NCBI GenBank assembly: GCA_963805625.1
Contig: CAWDVE010000017.1
Location: 480,001-544,000 of the forward strand
Reading direction: 5' to 3'
Source of the DNA: an uncultured Candidatus Rokubacteria bacterium
Lineage (GTDB): Bacteria > Methylomirabilota > Methylomirabilia > Rokubacteriales > DASRDR01
DNA: 64,000 nucleotides
The translations under genes and the position numbers were made by a program. Under the pieces are notes generated by a model that was not told where the DNA came from, searched no databases, and saw only the letters and a list, made by a program, of their open reading frames with translations. This document shows positions 1-11,200 of the stretch, piece after piece. Numbering within the stretch: the first letter of the stretch is position 1; each line of letters starts with the position of its first letter.

Positions 1-208
1 CGTCGGGCGAAACCAGCGCGTCGCCGCGCACGGCGCGGCGAATCAGCTCAATGGTCGCGGCCGGGAGGCGGGAGAGATTTCCGAGGGTTTCGTGCTTGAC
101 CTGGCCGTCCTGGCGATAGGTGCGCCGCAGGAGGTACGAGCGATAGCGCCGGCCGCCGTGCGTGCGCGTGATCTCGGCGACGTGACAGGCCCCGGAGGCG
201 CGCGCCAT
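1..208 (-). CDS. IS1634-family transposase, N-terminal part (runs off the window edge)
   Basis: Manual translation from ATG at 208 gives MARASGACHVAEITRTHGGRRYRSYLLRRTYRQDGQVKHETLGNLSRLP, matching the IS1634 N-terminal LLRxxYRxxGxVKxxTLxNLS motif. Not in the ORF track. Confidence 0.8.
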   Translation of the reverse strand, partial: MARASGACHVAEITRTHGGRRYRSYLLRRTYRQDGQVKHETLGNLSRLPAATIELIRRAVRGDALVSPD

Positions 209-409
209 ACCGGGACCCTACGCGGCGAGCCGGCGGGAAGTCAAGCGCAATCTTGGCTACATCGCTTGCCACTCAGAATGGCAGTCCAAGGGGGCAGATG
301 TCTCACATCTCGCCTATACTCTTGGCTACACTTATCAAACCGGAACCGACAGTTTTCGACACGGTAATGCGGACTTACCTCGCGTGCTGGCAGGGGAACT
401 TCGGGTTAG
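1..409 (-). mobile_element. IS1634-family element left end, inserted into the 3' end of the serine recombinase gene
   Basis: GGGGAACTTCGGGTTAG terminus at ~393-409 and repeated subterminal CTTGGCTACA at 252 and 321, upstream of the transposase start. Confidence 0.65.
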
Positions 410-2017
410 CCGTCCGCGCAGCTCGACCCGCCGGCCCGAGCCCTCTGACGGCAGCGGCACCAGCTCGAGATCCCCCTCGAAGTGCTTGCGGATCTCGGTC
501 CGCGCGCGGACCGGGTCTTCGGCAACGAGCGTTGCGAGATGGTCGACGCGCGCTTGGATCCAGGTGCGGGAGGCCGGCCGCAGGGTCGGCCTCTCCGAAG
601 CCTGAAGGGCGGCCAGCTCGACGCGAAGGCCCTGGAGGGCGCCCTCGATCGTGGCGAGTTCTTCCCGCACGGTCACGGACTCCCCGGCCCGGAGGAAGCG
701 CACCAGGTTTCCGGCCTCTCGCTCCAGCTCCAGGATCTCGCGCTTGAGTGTCTCGAGTCGAGTGTCCCGCGCCTGCATGGCGGCCTCGACGAAACCGGTG
801 ACCGCGACGGTGAGCGCGTCGAGCATGGAGGGCGACGTCGCGGAGCGAAAGCGCTCGAGCAGGAGGTTCTCGAGCGGCTCCTGACGGTACCAGGCACCGT
901 GGGCGCACACGGCCGGGCCCTTGTGGGCGGCGAAACTGCACCGATAGTAACCGTAGGGGTAGACGTGCCCGCCCTTCCGGCGCGTGGTGCGCTGGGCGAT
1001 CATCCGGGCGCCACAACATCCGCACCGCACCAGGCCGGAGAGCAGATAGGGCGAATACGCTACGCGATCCCCACCGCGAGGACGGCGGTGGAGCCCCACG
1101 CCAGTCCCACGGAGGAGCTCCTGCCGGGCCTGGACCGCTGTCCAGAGATCCGGCTCGACGATACGGAGATCGGGCCGATCCTGACGGATCCACTCGCCCT
1201 CCGGCCGCGCGATGGGGCGGCGCCGGCCCGTGTCGGGATCCTTCAGGAACCGCGTCTTGTTCCAGACCCAGGTGCCCACGTACTTCTCGTTGCCGAGGAT
1301 CACCGAGATCGTCGACACGGCCCAGCCGCGCCGGGCGGGACCGCGCTTCGTGTCCTTGGCAGGGAAGGGGATCCCCTCGGCGTTCAGTGCGTGGGCGATG
1401 GCCTTGAGGCTCCGGCCGGCGGCGGACTCCTGGAAGATCCGCCGCACGATCGCGGCCTCGGTGGAATCGACGTCGTAGCGGGCCGACACCCTCTTGCGCG
1501 GCGCGAGCCCATCGGCCGGCACGGGTACGGTGCGGTAGCCGAAGATCCGGCCGCCGGTGCTGAGGCCTCGCGCGATCCGCCCGGACAGCCCGCGGTGGGT
1601 CTTGTCCCGGAGGTCATCGAGGTACAGCTCGTTCATCAGCCCCTTCACCGCGAGCTGGACCTTGGCCCCCTGGCGGCCGGTGGCGATGCCATCGCTCACG
1701 CCCACGAGTTCGAGGCCGCGGACGCGAAGACGGTGGTGGAGGCGAAGGAGTTCGGCCATGTCGCGGGTCAAGCGCGAGAGGTCCTCGACCAAGATCACAT
1801 CGAAGGGTCGCGCCGGCGCGAGGGCCGCCGCCAGAAGCTCCTGATACCCCGGGCGATGCTCGACGCCGAACCCCGACAGCGCCGCGTTCTGGAACGTCGC
1901 GACGATCGTCCAGCCCTGATGCTCGGCATAGGTGCGGCACAGCCGGAGCTGGTCCTCGATTGAGGCCGGCGACTGGAGGTCGCTCGAATAGCGAGCGTAG
2001 AGGGCGCAGCGCTTCAC
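335..2017 (-). CDS. Large serine recombinase (resolvase + recombinase + Zn-ribbon); last ~25 codons supplied by the IS1634 end
   Basis: YARYSS catalytic motif, EDLSRLTRD, GYR recombinase domain, YLLSGLVRCGCCG and YYRC zinc ribbon, coiled coil. Confidence 0.93.
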   Translation of the reverse strand: MKRCALYARYSSDLQSPASIEDQLRLCRTYAEHQGWTIVATFQNAALSGFGVEHRPGYQELLAAALAPARPFDVILVEDLSRLTRDMAELLRLHHRLRVRGLELVGVSDGIATGRQGAKVQLAVKGLMNELYLDDLRDKTHRGLSGRIARGLSTGGRIFGYRTVPVPADGLAPRKRVSARYDVDSTEAAIVRRIFQESAAGRSLKAIAHALNAEGIPFPAKDTKRGPARRGWAVSTISVILGNEKYVGTWVWNKTRFLKDPDTGRRRPIARPEGEWIRQDRPDLRIVEPDLWTAVQARQELLRGTGVGLHRRPRGGDRVAYSPYLLSGLVRCGCCGARMIAQRTTRRKGGHVYPYGYYRCSFAAHKGPAVCAHGAWYRQEPLENLLLERFRSATSPSMLDALTVAVTGFVEAAMQARDTRLETLKREILELEREAGNLVRFLRAGESVTVREELATIEGALQGLRVELAALQASERPTLRPASRTWIQARVDHLATLVAEDPVRARTEIRKHFEGDLELVPLPSEGSGRRVELRGRLTRSSPASTRGKSALPCRKLSVPV

Positions 2018-2187
2018 GGGGTCGTGTCCTGGCCGTTCATCTCCCGCAGGTACTCCGCAGCCAGCCGCTCGGCCAGGAAGAGCAGCCAGTCCGCCACGGG
2101 TGGCGCGTATGGTAGGAGCGCGACCCGGGCGCTGTCAACGCGGGAGGAGGGACGGAGTGGTCCGGCATGACTGGATGCTCCTGCCAT
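2014..2187 (-). CDS. Small protein translationally coupled to the recombinase (start uncertain)
   Basis: Stop overlaps the recombinase start (GTGA); helical C-terminus WLLFLAERLAAEYLRE. Confidence 0.4.
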   Translation of the reverse strand: MAGASSHAGPLRPSSRVDSARVALLPYAPPVADWLLFLAERLAAEYLREMNGQDTTP

Positions 2188-2923
2188 GGGCCTCCGAGGC
2201 ACCGGCTCGCTCGGCGTCCCCGTCGAGGCTCGCGCAGGTTTCCGCAACCCTGCGCGACGGCCGCCTCCCAGCTTGGCCGGCCTGACGAGAGCTGTTCGGC
2301 CGTCTCTCACTCGACGGATCTGTTCCGCGCCTCGGTCCACGGTGTTCCCGGCGCCATCGCGATTGTCGGCCGGAGTCATCGAGTCGCGCCTCACCGCCAC
2401 CAGCCTGGGCAAGCTCTGGGCCAAGATAACGAGAGCCAGCTTCAACGGTCCTGAAGTCCACGACGGTGGACCTTTGCGGTAGCTGGCGCGGTTCGCGAAC
2501 CCGCCTTGCACGAGAGCTGGTTGCGCCTGCCTTGCCGATTCGATGTCGATTCCGGCGCCGTCGGCTGCGGGTCGGGGCGACGGTGAGGCTGCGAGGGCCG
2601 CCACAACGGCGATGCGGCCGCGCACGAGCCCGCAACGCTGAGCAACTGACATCGGACAGGACGTGCCCGAGGTCCAGCCCAGCCCGCCCGTGACCACGAA
2701 ACCGCGACGGACGGTCGCCTGCACGCAGCACCGATCCTCTGCGTTCCTCCAGAATCGACCACGAATCGACAACGGATCGGCCATGCGCCTGAGGACAGGC
2801 CCGGCTCACGCGCGCAGGGTCACAGGCCGGTCGACTCGAAGCGCGTGATTTCTCGACGCAATCGCGTCCCGGTCTCCGTCGATGCTCCGACTCGCACGTG
2901 TCTTGCCCTAGCTCCGCCGCGTC

Positions 2924-4150
2924 ATGAGCCAGCGAGACGACCAACACGGGCCGAGCGAGACCACCGTCGACGGTGGAGTGAACGCCACCGTCTCGAGCCG
3001 ATCGCGGACGTCGGAGCGCTCCGCCCTCTTCGACGGCGCGCTCGCCGGCGGTGCCGATCCATATCCTGTCTACGCGCGCCTCCGCGCCGACGACCCCGTC
3101 CACCGCACGCCGGGTCCTCACGCGCTACGCCGACGTGTCCGCGGTCCTCCGCGACCCGCGGTTCGGCCGCGAAGGATTCGAGCGGCACTTCCCGACCGAC
3201 GGCGGGGACGACGGGCAGCGCCGACGGTGCCCCGCGGCCGTCGAATCGGAGGCCGACCGTGGCGCGCGGCAATCGATGCTCTTCTGCGACCCGCCGCGGC
3301 ATACGCGGCTCCGCGACCTCATCGCCTATCCCTTCGCGCCGCCGCCCGTGGACATCCTCCGGCCGGGCATCCGGTCGCTCGTCAATCGACTGCTGGATCG
3401 CGTCGACGGGGCGGACCAGATCGACGTGGTCACGACCCTCGCGGAGCCGCTGGCGCGCGCCGTCATCGGCGACCTCCTCGGAATCCCCGAGGCGGACCGA
3501 GCGGCGGTCGCCATCTGGTCGGCCGCTCTGGCGCGGAGTCTGGACGCCCTCCCGATCCCCGAGGATCGGTCGCTCCTCGTCGCGGGCCAGGCGGCCCGGC
3601 GCGCCCTCGGCGACTACATGCGCGGTCTGGTCGGCGGCCCGACGCGCCGCACCGTCGGGGGACCTCATGGGCCTGCTGATCACCCTGGCCGACGACGACG
3701 GTCTTCTCAGCGATCGGGAGCTGGTCGCAATGGCCGTCCTGGTCGCGGTCGCGGGCACTGAGACCACCACGAGCCTCATCGGCACGACCGTCTGGGCGCT
3801 GCTGAGCCACCCCGAGGCGCTCGCCGGCGTCCGCGAGGCCCCGTGGCGCCTGCCGGCGGCGATCGAGGAGACCTTGCGGTGGGAGAGCCCGGTGCAGCGC
3901 ACCTGGCGGATCGCGAAGGCCGATGTCGAGCTGGCCGGCCAGCGAGTCCCGGCCGGCGCGCTCGTCGTTCTTCTGCTCGGCGGGGCGAACCGGGACCCGG
4001 CGCGCTTCCCCGGCCCGACCAATTCAACCTCGATCGGCGGGCTGCGGGCCACCTCGCCTTCAGCGCCGGCGTCCACGCCTGCCTGGGCGCTGCGCTCGCG
4101 CGCCTGGAGGCGCAAACGGCCATCGAGGCGCTCGTGCGTCGCTGGCCGAG
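2924..4150 (+). pseudogene. Cytochrome P450 pseudogene (at least 3 frameshifts, 3' truncated)
   Basis: Motifs spread over three frames: DPYPVYARLR, DPPRHTRLR, AGTETTT (I-helix), EETLR (ExxR), ANRDP and HLAFSAGVHACLG (heme Cys). Confidence 0.88.
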
Positions 4151-4281
4151 TCACTGGTCTTCGGCCAGGTGTCGAGCCCGCCGACGATCGCCGAATGCTT
4201 GGGCAGGTCGATCAGCGCGCCGGGCCCGTAGGTGGTGATGACCTGGCCACGGCGGATCTGCCCGTGTGCCTTGCGGCTCAC
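4150..4281 (-). pseudogene. DrmB/DUF1998-like (DISARM-type) N-terminal fragment
   Basis: VSRKAHGQIRRGQVITTYGPGALIDLPKHSAIVGGLDTW resembles the DrmB N-terminus; GGAGGGAGG RBS upstream. Confidence 0.65.
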
Positions 4282-4292
4282 TGGCCTACCCT

Positions 4293-5779
4293 CCCTCCGA
4301 AGGAGAGAAAGAGAGCTTTGGCGGGGGATACCGAGATAGGGGTCGGTCCGAGATCATCGAGCCTGGAGGGGCTGAGCGATCGTATTTCTTGGTACCGGGG
4401 CCGCCGACGACAGATCCTGACCGCGGTGACAGCCCCGGGGTTCGGGGAGAGCCACGTCGGCTTGCCATTCGACGGCCAGCATGAGACCCGCTCCCCCGAA
4501 TCAAACCCAGAGAGGCCCCGACCGGCCACAGGATGCAGCGCCAGGAGCTTGCGAGATCCAGAGCGCCAATCAGTGAGCGACCGGCAGGACCTCTCGACAC
4601 GCAGTGTCTCGCGGTCCGAGGGAGGGACGCAATGACCTTCTTCGTCGGTCTTGACTGGGCGTCCACCGCGCATGCGGTTTGCGTGCTCGACGACACCGGG
4701 ACGGTCCGCTGGCGCGGCTCGGTACCACACTCGGCCGAAGGCCTGGCCGAACTGGTCCGCCGGCTGCGTCAGTGCGGCCCGCCGGCCACCGTGCACGTCG
4801 CGATCGAATGTCCCTCGGGGGTCGTCATCGATACCCTGATGGACGCCGGCATCCAGGTCGTGCCGATTCACCCGAACGTGGTCAAGGCCAGTCGCGCCCG
4901 CTATTCCGCCGCCCACGCCAAGAGCGATGAGGGCGACAGCTATCTCCTGGCCGACTTGCTCCGCACCGACGGCCATCGCTTCCGGCCGCTGCGGCCGCTG
5001 GCCGATGAGACCCGCGCCTTGCGGGCGCTGGTGCGGGGCCGCGATGACCTCGTCGGCCAGCGGGTCAATTCCCCGATCGCACTGGCCTTCCTGGCCCGCT
5101 ACCCGACGCCCCAAAGCGCCGAGCGCGTAGGCGAGCGCCGCCTGGTCCAGTTCCTCCGCCGCCACGCCTACTGCGGACGCCGCCCCGCCGCCGAACTGCT
5201 CGGCCGCTTGCGCAGGGCCCCGGTCGGCCGGGCGGGGGAGGCGGAGTGTGACGCCAGTGGCGACCTTGTCCGCAGCGTGGTGGCCGTCCTGGTCCCCCCT
5301 CGTCGCCCAGATCCAGCAACTCTCGGCGGCGATCGCCGCCGCCCTGGCCCCGCTGATCCAGAGCCTGCCGCGCAGTGGGCAGGTCAATGCGGCCCAGCCT
5401 CCTCGCCGAACTCGGCGATGACCGCGCCCGTTTCCCCACCGCGGAACAGCTGTCCGCTGAGGCCGGGGCCGCCCCCGTCACCCGCGCGTCCGGGAGGCAC
5501 CGGACCGTCGTCTTCCGCTGGGCGTGCAACAAGCGCCTCCGCCAAGCCGTCACGACACTCGCCGATAACTCGCGGCATGCCTCGCCGTGGGCGGCCGCCG
5601 TTTACGCCCGCGCCCGCGCGCGCGGCTGCGATCATCCCCACGCCATCCGGATCCTGGCCCCTTGCCTGGCTGCGCGTCATCTGGCGGTGCTGGCAAGATC
5701 GCCAGCCCTACGACGTCACGCGCCATCGGGCCGCGACTCTCTCCACCGCCTGACGTAGGGAGGGTTGACACAGGATGTC
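4293..5779 (+). mobile_element. IS110-family element with long 5' non-coding end (ends approximate)
   Basis: ~340 nt non-coding leader, DEDD transposase, and right end GGGTTGACACAGGATGTC. Confidence 0.75.
4632..5753 (+). pseudogene. IS110 transposase, frameshifted with internal deletion
   Basis: FVGLDWA, AIEC and KSDEGD DEDD residues; C-terminal APVTRASG...CNKRLR...HAIRIL lies in another frame (5375-5758). Confidence 0.88.
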
Positions 5780-6088
5780 CGCACGGCGCAGGCCAAGGGG
5801 CTCAGTGGCGCGCGCATCGTCGCAGTGCACGCCCTCAGGAATGCCGGCAACGCGATTCTGACGGTGCTCGGCTGGGAGCTGATCCGCATGCTGGCCGGCT
5901 ACTCGGTCGTGGTCGAGACCGTGTTTGCCTGGCCCGGCATCGGTTTCCTCGCCGTGCAGTCGATCGAGCGGCAAGATTTGGTGTTGCTGCAGGCTGTCGT
6001 GTTCACGGTGGCCGCCATGGTGGTGACGATCAATCTGGTGATCGACCTCGCGTATCGCGCCATCGATCCGCGCATTACGACCGGTTGA
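5780..6088 (+). pseudogene. Peptide ABC permease (DppB-like) 3' fragment
   Basis: VRTAQAKGLS EAA loop, HALRNA, VVETVFAWPGIG and IDPRI; 5' part replaced by the IS110. Confidence 0.8.
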
Positions 6089-7044
6089 GCGGTGCGGGAG
6101 GCGGCACATCCGGGCCTCGATGGCGCGTCGGGCGGGCCGCCTGCGCGATGGCGGCCGTTCGGCGGCGGTTGTGGCGCGACAAGGCGGGGCTGTTCGGGCT
6201 GCTGGTCTTGCTGGCGCTGACCGGAGTGGGCTTGTTGGGTCCGCTGCTGAGCCCGCACGACCCCGGCGCGATGAACCTCGCCGAGCGGCTGCGGCCGCTC
6301 ACCTGGCTGCCGGGCGGCGGGCCGGCCCATCCCCTGGGCACCGATCAACTCGGCCGCGACGTGCTGTCGCGCATCTTGCACGGTGGGCGCGTATCGCTCA
6401 CGGTCGGCGTGACCGTGGTGTTCGCGACCGGCTTGATCGGCTGCGCGCTCGGGCTGGCCGCCGGCTATTTTCGTGGCCGCGTCGATGCGCTGGTGAGCGG
6501 ACTCGCCGACATTCAGGTGGCGTTTCCCGGATTGCTGCTGGCTCTGGTGGTCCTGGCCGTGATCGGCCCGAGCCCCGGCGGCGTCATCGTCGTGCTCATC
6601 ATCAACGGTTGGATGGCGTTCGCCCGGCTGGCGCGCGCGATGACGCTGTCGCTGCGCGAGCGCGCCTTCGTCGAGGGCGCGATCATCCTCGGTTGCCGGC
6701 CAGCCCGCGTGGTCTTCCGCCACATCCTGCCCAATCTAGCCTCGCCAATGTTCACGCTCGCCGTGCTCGAGTTCGCGCGCGTCATATTGGCCGAGGCGGC
6801 GCTGTCTTACCTGGGCGTGGGCGTGCAGCCGCCAACCGCCTCGTGGGGCCTCGATGTGGCGGAAGGCAAGAGCTACATCTTTCGCGGCTGGTGGCTGGTC
6901 ACCTTTCCCGGCTTGGCGCTCGCCGTCACCGTGCTTGGCGTCAACTTGTTCGCGGGCTGGTTGCAGCTGGTCACGAATCCCCATGAACGCGAGAAGCTGC
7001 TAGCCCAATCACAGACGGCCGGCGGCGCCAGCTCGGGCGCCTGA
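6085..7044 (+). CDS. Peptide ABC permease (DppC-like)
   Basis: HPLGTDQLGRDVLSRILHGGRVSL, RHILPN and EAALSYLGVG; TTG start overlaps the upstream stop. Confidence 0.88.
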   Translation: MSGAGGGTSGPRWRVGRAACAMAAVRRRLWRDKAGLFGLLVLLALTGVGLLGPLLSPHDPGAMNLAERLRPLTWLPGGGPAHPLGTDQLGRDVLSRILHGGRVSLTVGVTVVFATGLIGCALGLAAGYFRGRVDALVSGLADIQVAFPGLLLALVVLAVIGPSPGGVIVVLIINGWMAFARLARAMTLSLRERAFVEGAIILGCRPARVVFRHILPNLASPMFTLAVLEFARVILAEAALSYLGVGVQPPTASWGLDVAEGKSYIFRGWWLVTFPGLALAVTVLGVNLFAGWLQLVTNPHEREKLLAQSQTAGGASSGA

Positions 7045-7049
7045 CCAGG

Positions 7050-7590
7050 GGCCGATGGGCTCGTGGAGATCGAGGCGCCGCGGGTCGAATTCGCGACGGG
7101 AGCCGGAGCCCCTGACGGCCGGGTCGAGCTCGTAGGCCTTGTAGACGACTCGGAGCACGCGGGCCGCTCTCCAGCGAGCGCGCGGCGCGAGTAGGCCGAT
7201 ACGCACCAACGGCCGGCGGGGCGGGGGGGCGAAGGCGGCGAGCCACTCCAGCAACTCCAGGGGCTCCAGGAAGAGCGCAGTGGAGCCATCGTGCCAGGGA
7301 CGCCAGTGGTACAGCAGGCGCCCGCCCGTGCTCTCCGTCAGCCGATCGAGTGCCAGCGGCGGGCGCACGAGGTAGCGCACCAGGCGCTCCAGCTGATCCC
7401 GCCGGCGCGCCGGCACCGTGACATCCGCATGCAGGCTGAACCCCTCAAGCCGGGCCGCGCGCCGCCCCGTCGTCGTCGGGTCGGCCGCCGACCGGAGGCG
7501 ACGCACCAGCTGCTCGGCGCGCGGGCCCCGTGCGCCTCGGCCTTGCAGCGAGGCGGCGACGGTCTGCGCGAACAGCGGCCCCGAACCGAG
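7050..7590 (-). pseudogene. IS91-like (Y2/HUH) transposase C-terminal fragment
   Basis: GFSLHADV...LERLVRYLVRPPLALDRL...WHDGSTAL.LEPLELL...PPPR. Confidence 0.75.
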
Positions 7591-7602
7591 GGTTAGTGGC
7601 CG

Positions 7603-8118
7603 TTACAGGACCTCCACGCGAGTCCGAGCGAAGTTGCGCGACGCGAGGAGCAGGCGGCCGCTAAACGCGTACATGAGGAGCTCCACGACGTGGCGCGCGC
7701 GGTGCTGGTCCACCGACGCGGGGTCGTGCGCCACCTGCAGGTCGAGGCGCGCCGGCGGCTCGACGGCGCGCGGCATCTCGAACATGACCGTTGCGCCGCA
7801 CTCGGGACACTGGGCCGCCGCGTGGCCCGTCGCCTCGTACACGTCGAACCCGTCGCCGTGGAGCGCGAGCCGGTAGGCCGGCCGGGGCGTCTGGTCGCCG
7901 GGCACGCCGCGCCGCTCGCTCATGCGGAGGTCGGCGCCACGCGGTTCCTGGCGCTGCCGGCGCTCCCCCTGCCGCCGGTCCGTCAGCACGTCCACCCACG
8001 GAGCGAGCCGGTAGCGCCACGCGAGCTCATCCAGAAGACCCGGCCGGTCCGGGCGCGTCACCACCACCCAGCGGGGCGACGCTAGGTCAGGGCTCTTCGT
8101 TGAACCCAGCATCGCCAC
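7603..8118 (-). CDS. Hypothetical protein with DRRxGERR and CPEC motifs (paralog of 21327-21836)
   Basis: Near-colinear paralog on the opposite strand at 21.3 kb supports coding status. Confidence 0.8.
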   Translation of the reverse strand: MAMLGSTKSPDLASPRWVVVTRPDRPGLLDELAWRYRLAPWVDVLTDRRQGERRQRQEPRGADLRMSERRGVPGDQTPRPAYRLALHGDGFDVYEATGHAAAQCPECGATVMFEMPRAVEPPARLDLQVAHDPASVDQHRARHVVELLMYAFSGRLLLASRNFARTRVEVL

Positions 8119-8238
8119 GGCCGACCATGAGCGCCTTTGTCCCCATCATTCGCCCACCGCTCCGGGATCGAAAAAGAGCGACTGGCCACCTGCTGCTAGG
8201 CGCCACCGGGGATGCCCGGTGGCGCCGCCTTCGGCCCC

Positions 8239-11200
8239 TTACTTCGTGAAGCTGAACAGGGCGACGTGCTCCGAGCCGTCGGCCAGCTTCACGACGAGCC
8301 GCCGGCAAGTTCCGCCCCAGCTCTTGTCAGTCTTCCAGACGTAGTGGTACTGGTCGGAACCCGGATCGTACGTCAGTCCGCTGGCACCGGGCGTGTCGAC
8401 CACCTCGATGTCATCGACGGCGCCATTACATCCAGTCGAGTAGGAAATCGGGTAGCCGGCCATGAAGATGCCCATCCCTTGGTACCCGCTCAGACTGAAC
8501 TTGATGGGGATGGCTTGTCCGGCCTTCACCCGATTCTCGGTCGGAAAGTTGTCGATCGGATGGAAGAACCCGGTGAAGTTGTAGCCGGTCACCGTGAACG
8601 TCCGGTCCTCGTTGGGCGCCGGATTGTAGTTCGCGTTGCCGAGCTGGGACGCTCGGATCGTACAATAGCCGGCCAGGAGCACATCAACTGTGGTGCCGCT
8701 GACCGTGCAAACGGGCGTTGTCAAGCTGGTGAAGCCGACCGTTAGTCCAGAGGAAGCGGTCGCGCTGATCACGAAGTTCGGGTCAAGGAAATACTTGTCC
8801 GCCAGCGCCCCAAACGTGATCGTCTGATCCGCCTTCTGCGCCGTCGTGTCGCTCGTCTTCTCAGGCGCCGCGTTGTAGTTCCCGTTCCCCGCCTGGTTGT
8901 AGTGCACCGTGCAGGTGCCCATCCCGCTCGTCATCTTGATGACGGCCGAGTTGCTCCCACCCGAGTCCACCGAGCACACCCCGGTCGCCGTGATCACCAC
9001 CGCGTTCCCGGACCCGCCCCCCGTCGCCGCCACGTTGAACGTGGTGTTGTACACCGCCGTCCCCGGCGCCGCCGTCGTCACCGTGATCGTCTGGTCTGCC
9101 TTCTGCGCCGTCGTGTCGCTCGTCTTCTCGGGCGCCGCGTTGTAGTTCCCGTTCCCCGCCTGGTTGTAGTGCACCGTGCAGGTGCCCATCCCGCTCGTCA
9201 TCTTGATGACGGCCGAGTTGCTCCCACCCGAGTCCACCGAGCACACCCCGGTCGCCGTGATCACCACCGCGTTCCCGGACCCGCCCCCCGTCGCCGCCAC
9301 GTTGAACGTGGTGTTGTACACCGCCGTCCCCGGCGCCGCCGCCGTCACCGTGATCGTCTGGTCTGCCTTCTGCGCCGTCGTGTCGCTCGTCTTCTCGGGC
9401 GCCGCGTTGTAGTTCGCGTCCCCCGCCTGGTTGTAGTGCACCGTGCAGGTGCCCGTCCCGCTCGTCATCTTGATGACGGCCGAATTGCTCCCACCCGAGT
9501 CCACCGAGCACACCCCCGTGGTCGTGATGGCCACGGAGAGGCTCGAGGAGGCCGTCGCCGCCACGTTGAACGTGGTGTTGTACACCGCCGTCCCCGGCGC
9601 CGCCGTCGTCACCGTGATCGTCTGATCCGCCTTCTGCGCCGTCGTGTCGCTCGTCTTCTCAGGCGCCGCGTTGTAGTTCCCGTTCCCCGCCTGGTTGTAG
9701 TGCACCGTGCAGGTGCCCGTCCCGCTCGTCATCTTGATGACGGCCGAGTTGCTCCCACCCGAGTCCACCGAGCACACCCCGGTCGCCGTGATCACCACCG
9801 CGTTCCCGGACCCGCCCCCCGTCGCCGCCACGTTGAACGTGGTGTTGTACACCGCCGTCCCCGGCGCCGCCGTCGTCACCGTGATCGTCTGGTCTGCCTT
9901 CTGCGCCGTCGTGTCGCTCGTCTTCTCGGGCGCCGCGTTGTAGTTCGCGTCCCCCGCCTGGTTGTAGTGCACCGTGCAGGTCCCGGCCCCGCTCGTCATC
10001 TTGATGACGGCCGAGTTGCTCCCACCCGAGTCCACCGAGCACACCCCGGTCGCCGTGATCACCACCGCGTTCCCGGACCCGCCCCCCGTCGCCGCCACGT
10101 TGAACGTGGTGTTGTACACCGCCGTCCCCGGCGCCGCCGTCGTCACCGTGATCGTCTGGTCTGCCTTCTGCGCCGTCGTGTCGCTCGTCTTCTCGGGCGC
10201 CGCGTTGTAGTTCGCGTCCCCCGCCTGGTTGTAGTGCACCGTGCAGGTCCCGGCCCCGCTCGTCATCTTGATGACGGCCGAGTTGCTCCCACCCGAGTCC
10301 ACCGAGCACACCCCCGTGGTCGTGATGGCCACGGAGAGGCTCGAGGAGGCCGTCGCCGCCACGTTGAACGTGGTGTTGTACACCGCCGTCCCCGGCGCCG
10401 CCGTCGTCACCGTGATCGTCTGATCCGCCTTCTGCACATTGAACGAAGCGCTGTTCCCTGGCGTGAAACTGCCACTACTCGCAGTCAGCACCACGCCGTT
10501 TTCGGCCTTTGAATACGTGACGCCCGAAATCGTTACAGAGTTGGTCCCGGCAAGGATCGTCCCTGTCACCGTCCCACCGAGTGTTCCAGTTCCCGTATTA
10601 ACGGACAGCGTTACGTTCGTATTCACTGAGACATTGGTCGGGCTCGATGCGCTGTTCTGCGACTGAACCACAACCGAAAACGGCGTGCCGAAGGTCGGAT
10701 TTGCGCCGCCGTTCACGGAAGTGATGGCGAGCTTGAGGGCGTTGAACGTGACTGTAACAGTTACAGCGTTGTTAACATTGGTCCCCACACAGGGGTTCGT
10801 TGTAACGATACCTGCTCCACACACACCGCCCGAACCACCGAAGCTCCAATTGACAAACGACGAGCTGCCATTCGGTGTCGCTGTCAATGTATAGTTCGGG
10901 TTACCGGAGGCCGTCGTAATTGAGATGGACGAGCAAGTCGCCGTGATCTTTGCGGTCGCAGTCCCAGAGCCGGTTCCAGAACATCCTCCTAGATTGACGA
11001 TGTCTGCAGGGGCCTTCGTCGCCTTAATTTCGACCTCACCGGCACCCGTACCGCCAAATGTGACAGCCAGTGTCCTGGTGTTCGCCGCCCGGTACGGCCC
11101 GACGAATGGTCCGCCGTCGCCGATCGGGTCGGCGCCCGCGGGCTGGATCTCGTCCGTGCCAGTGTCCTCGAGCGCGCGGGCCATGTTGACGCGGCCGTTG

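Noticed and set aside
8839-10434. Long tandem repeats as a possible CRISPR array
   Set aside because: Units are 264/267 bp, in-frame coding and lack unique spacers; no cas genes are present.
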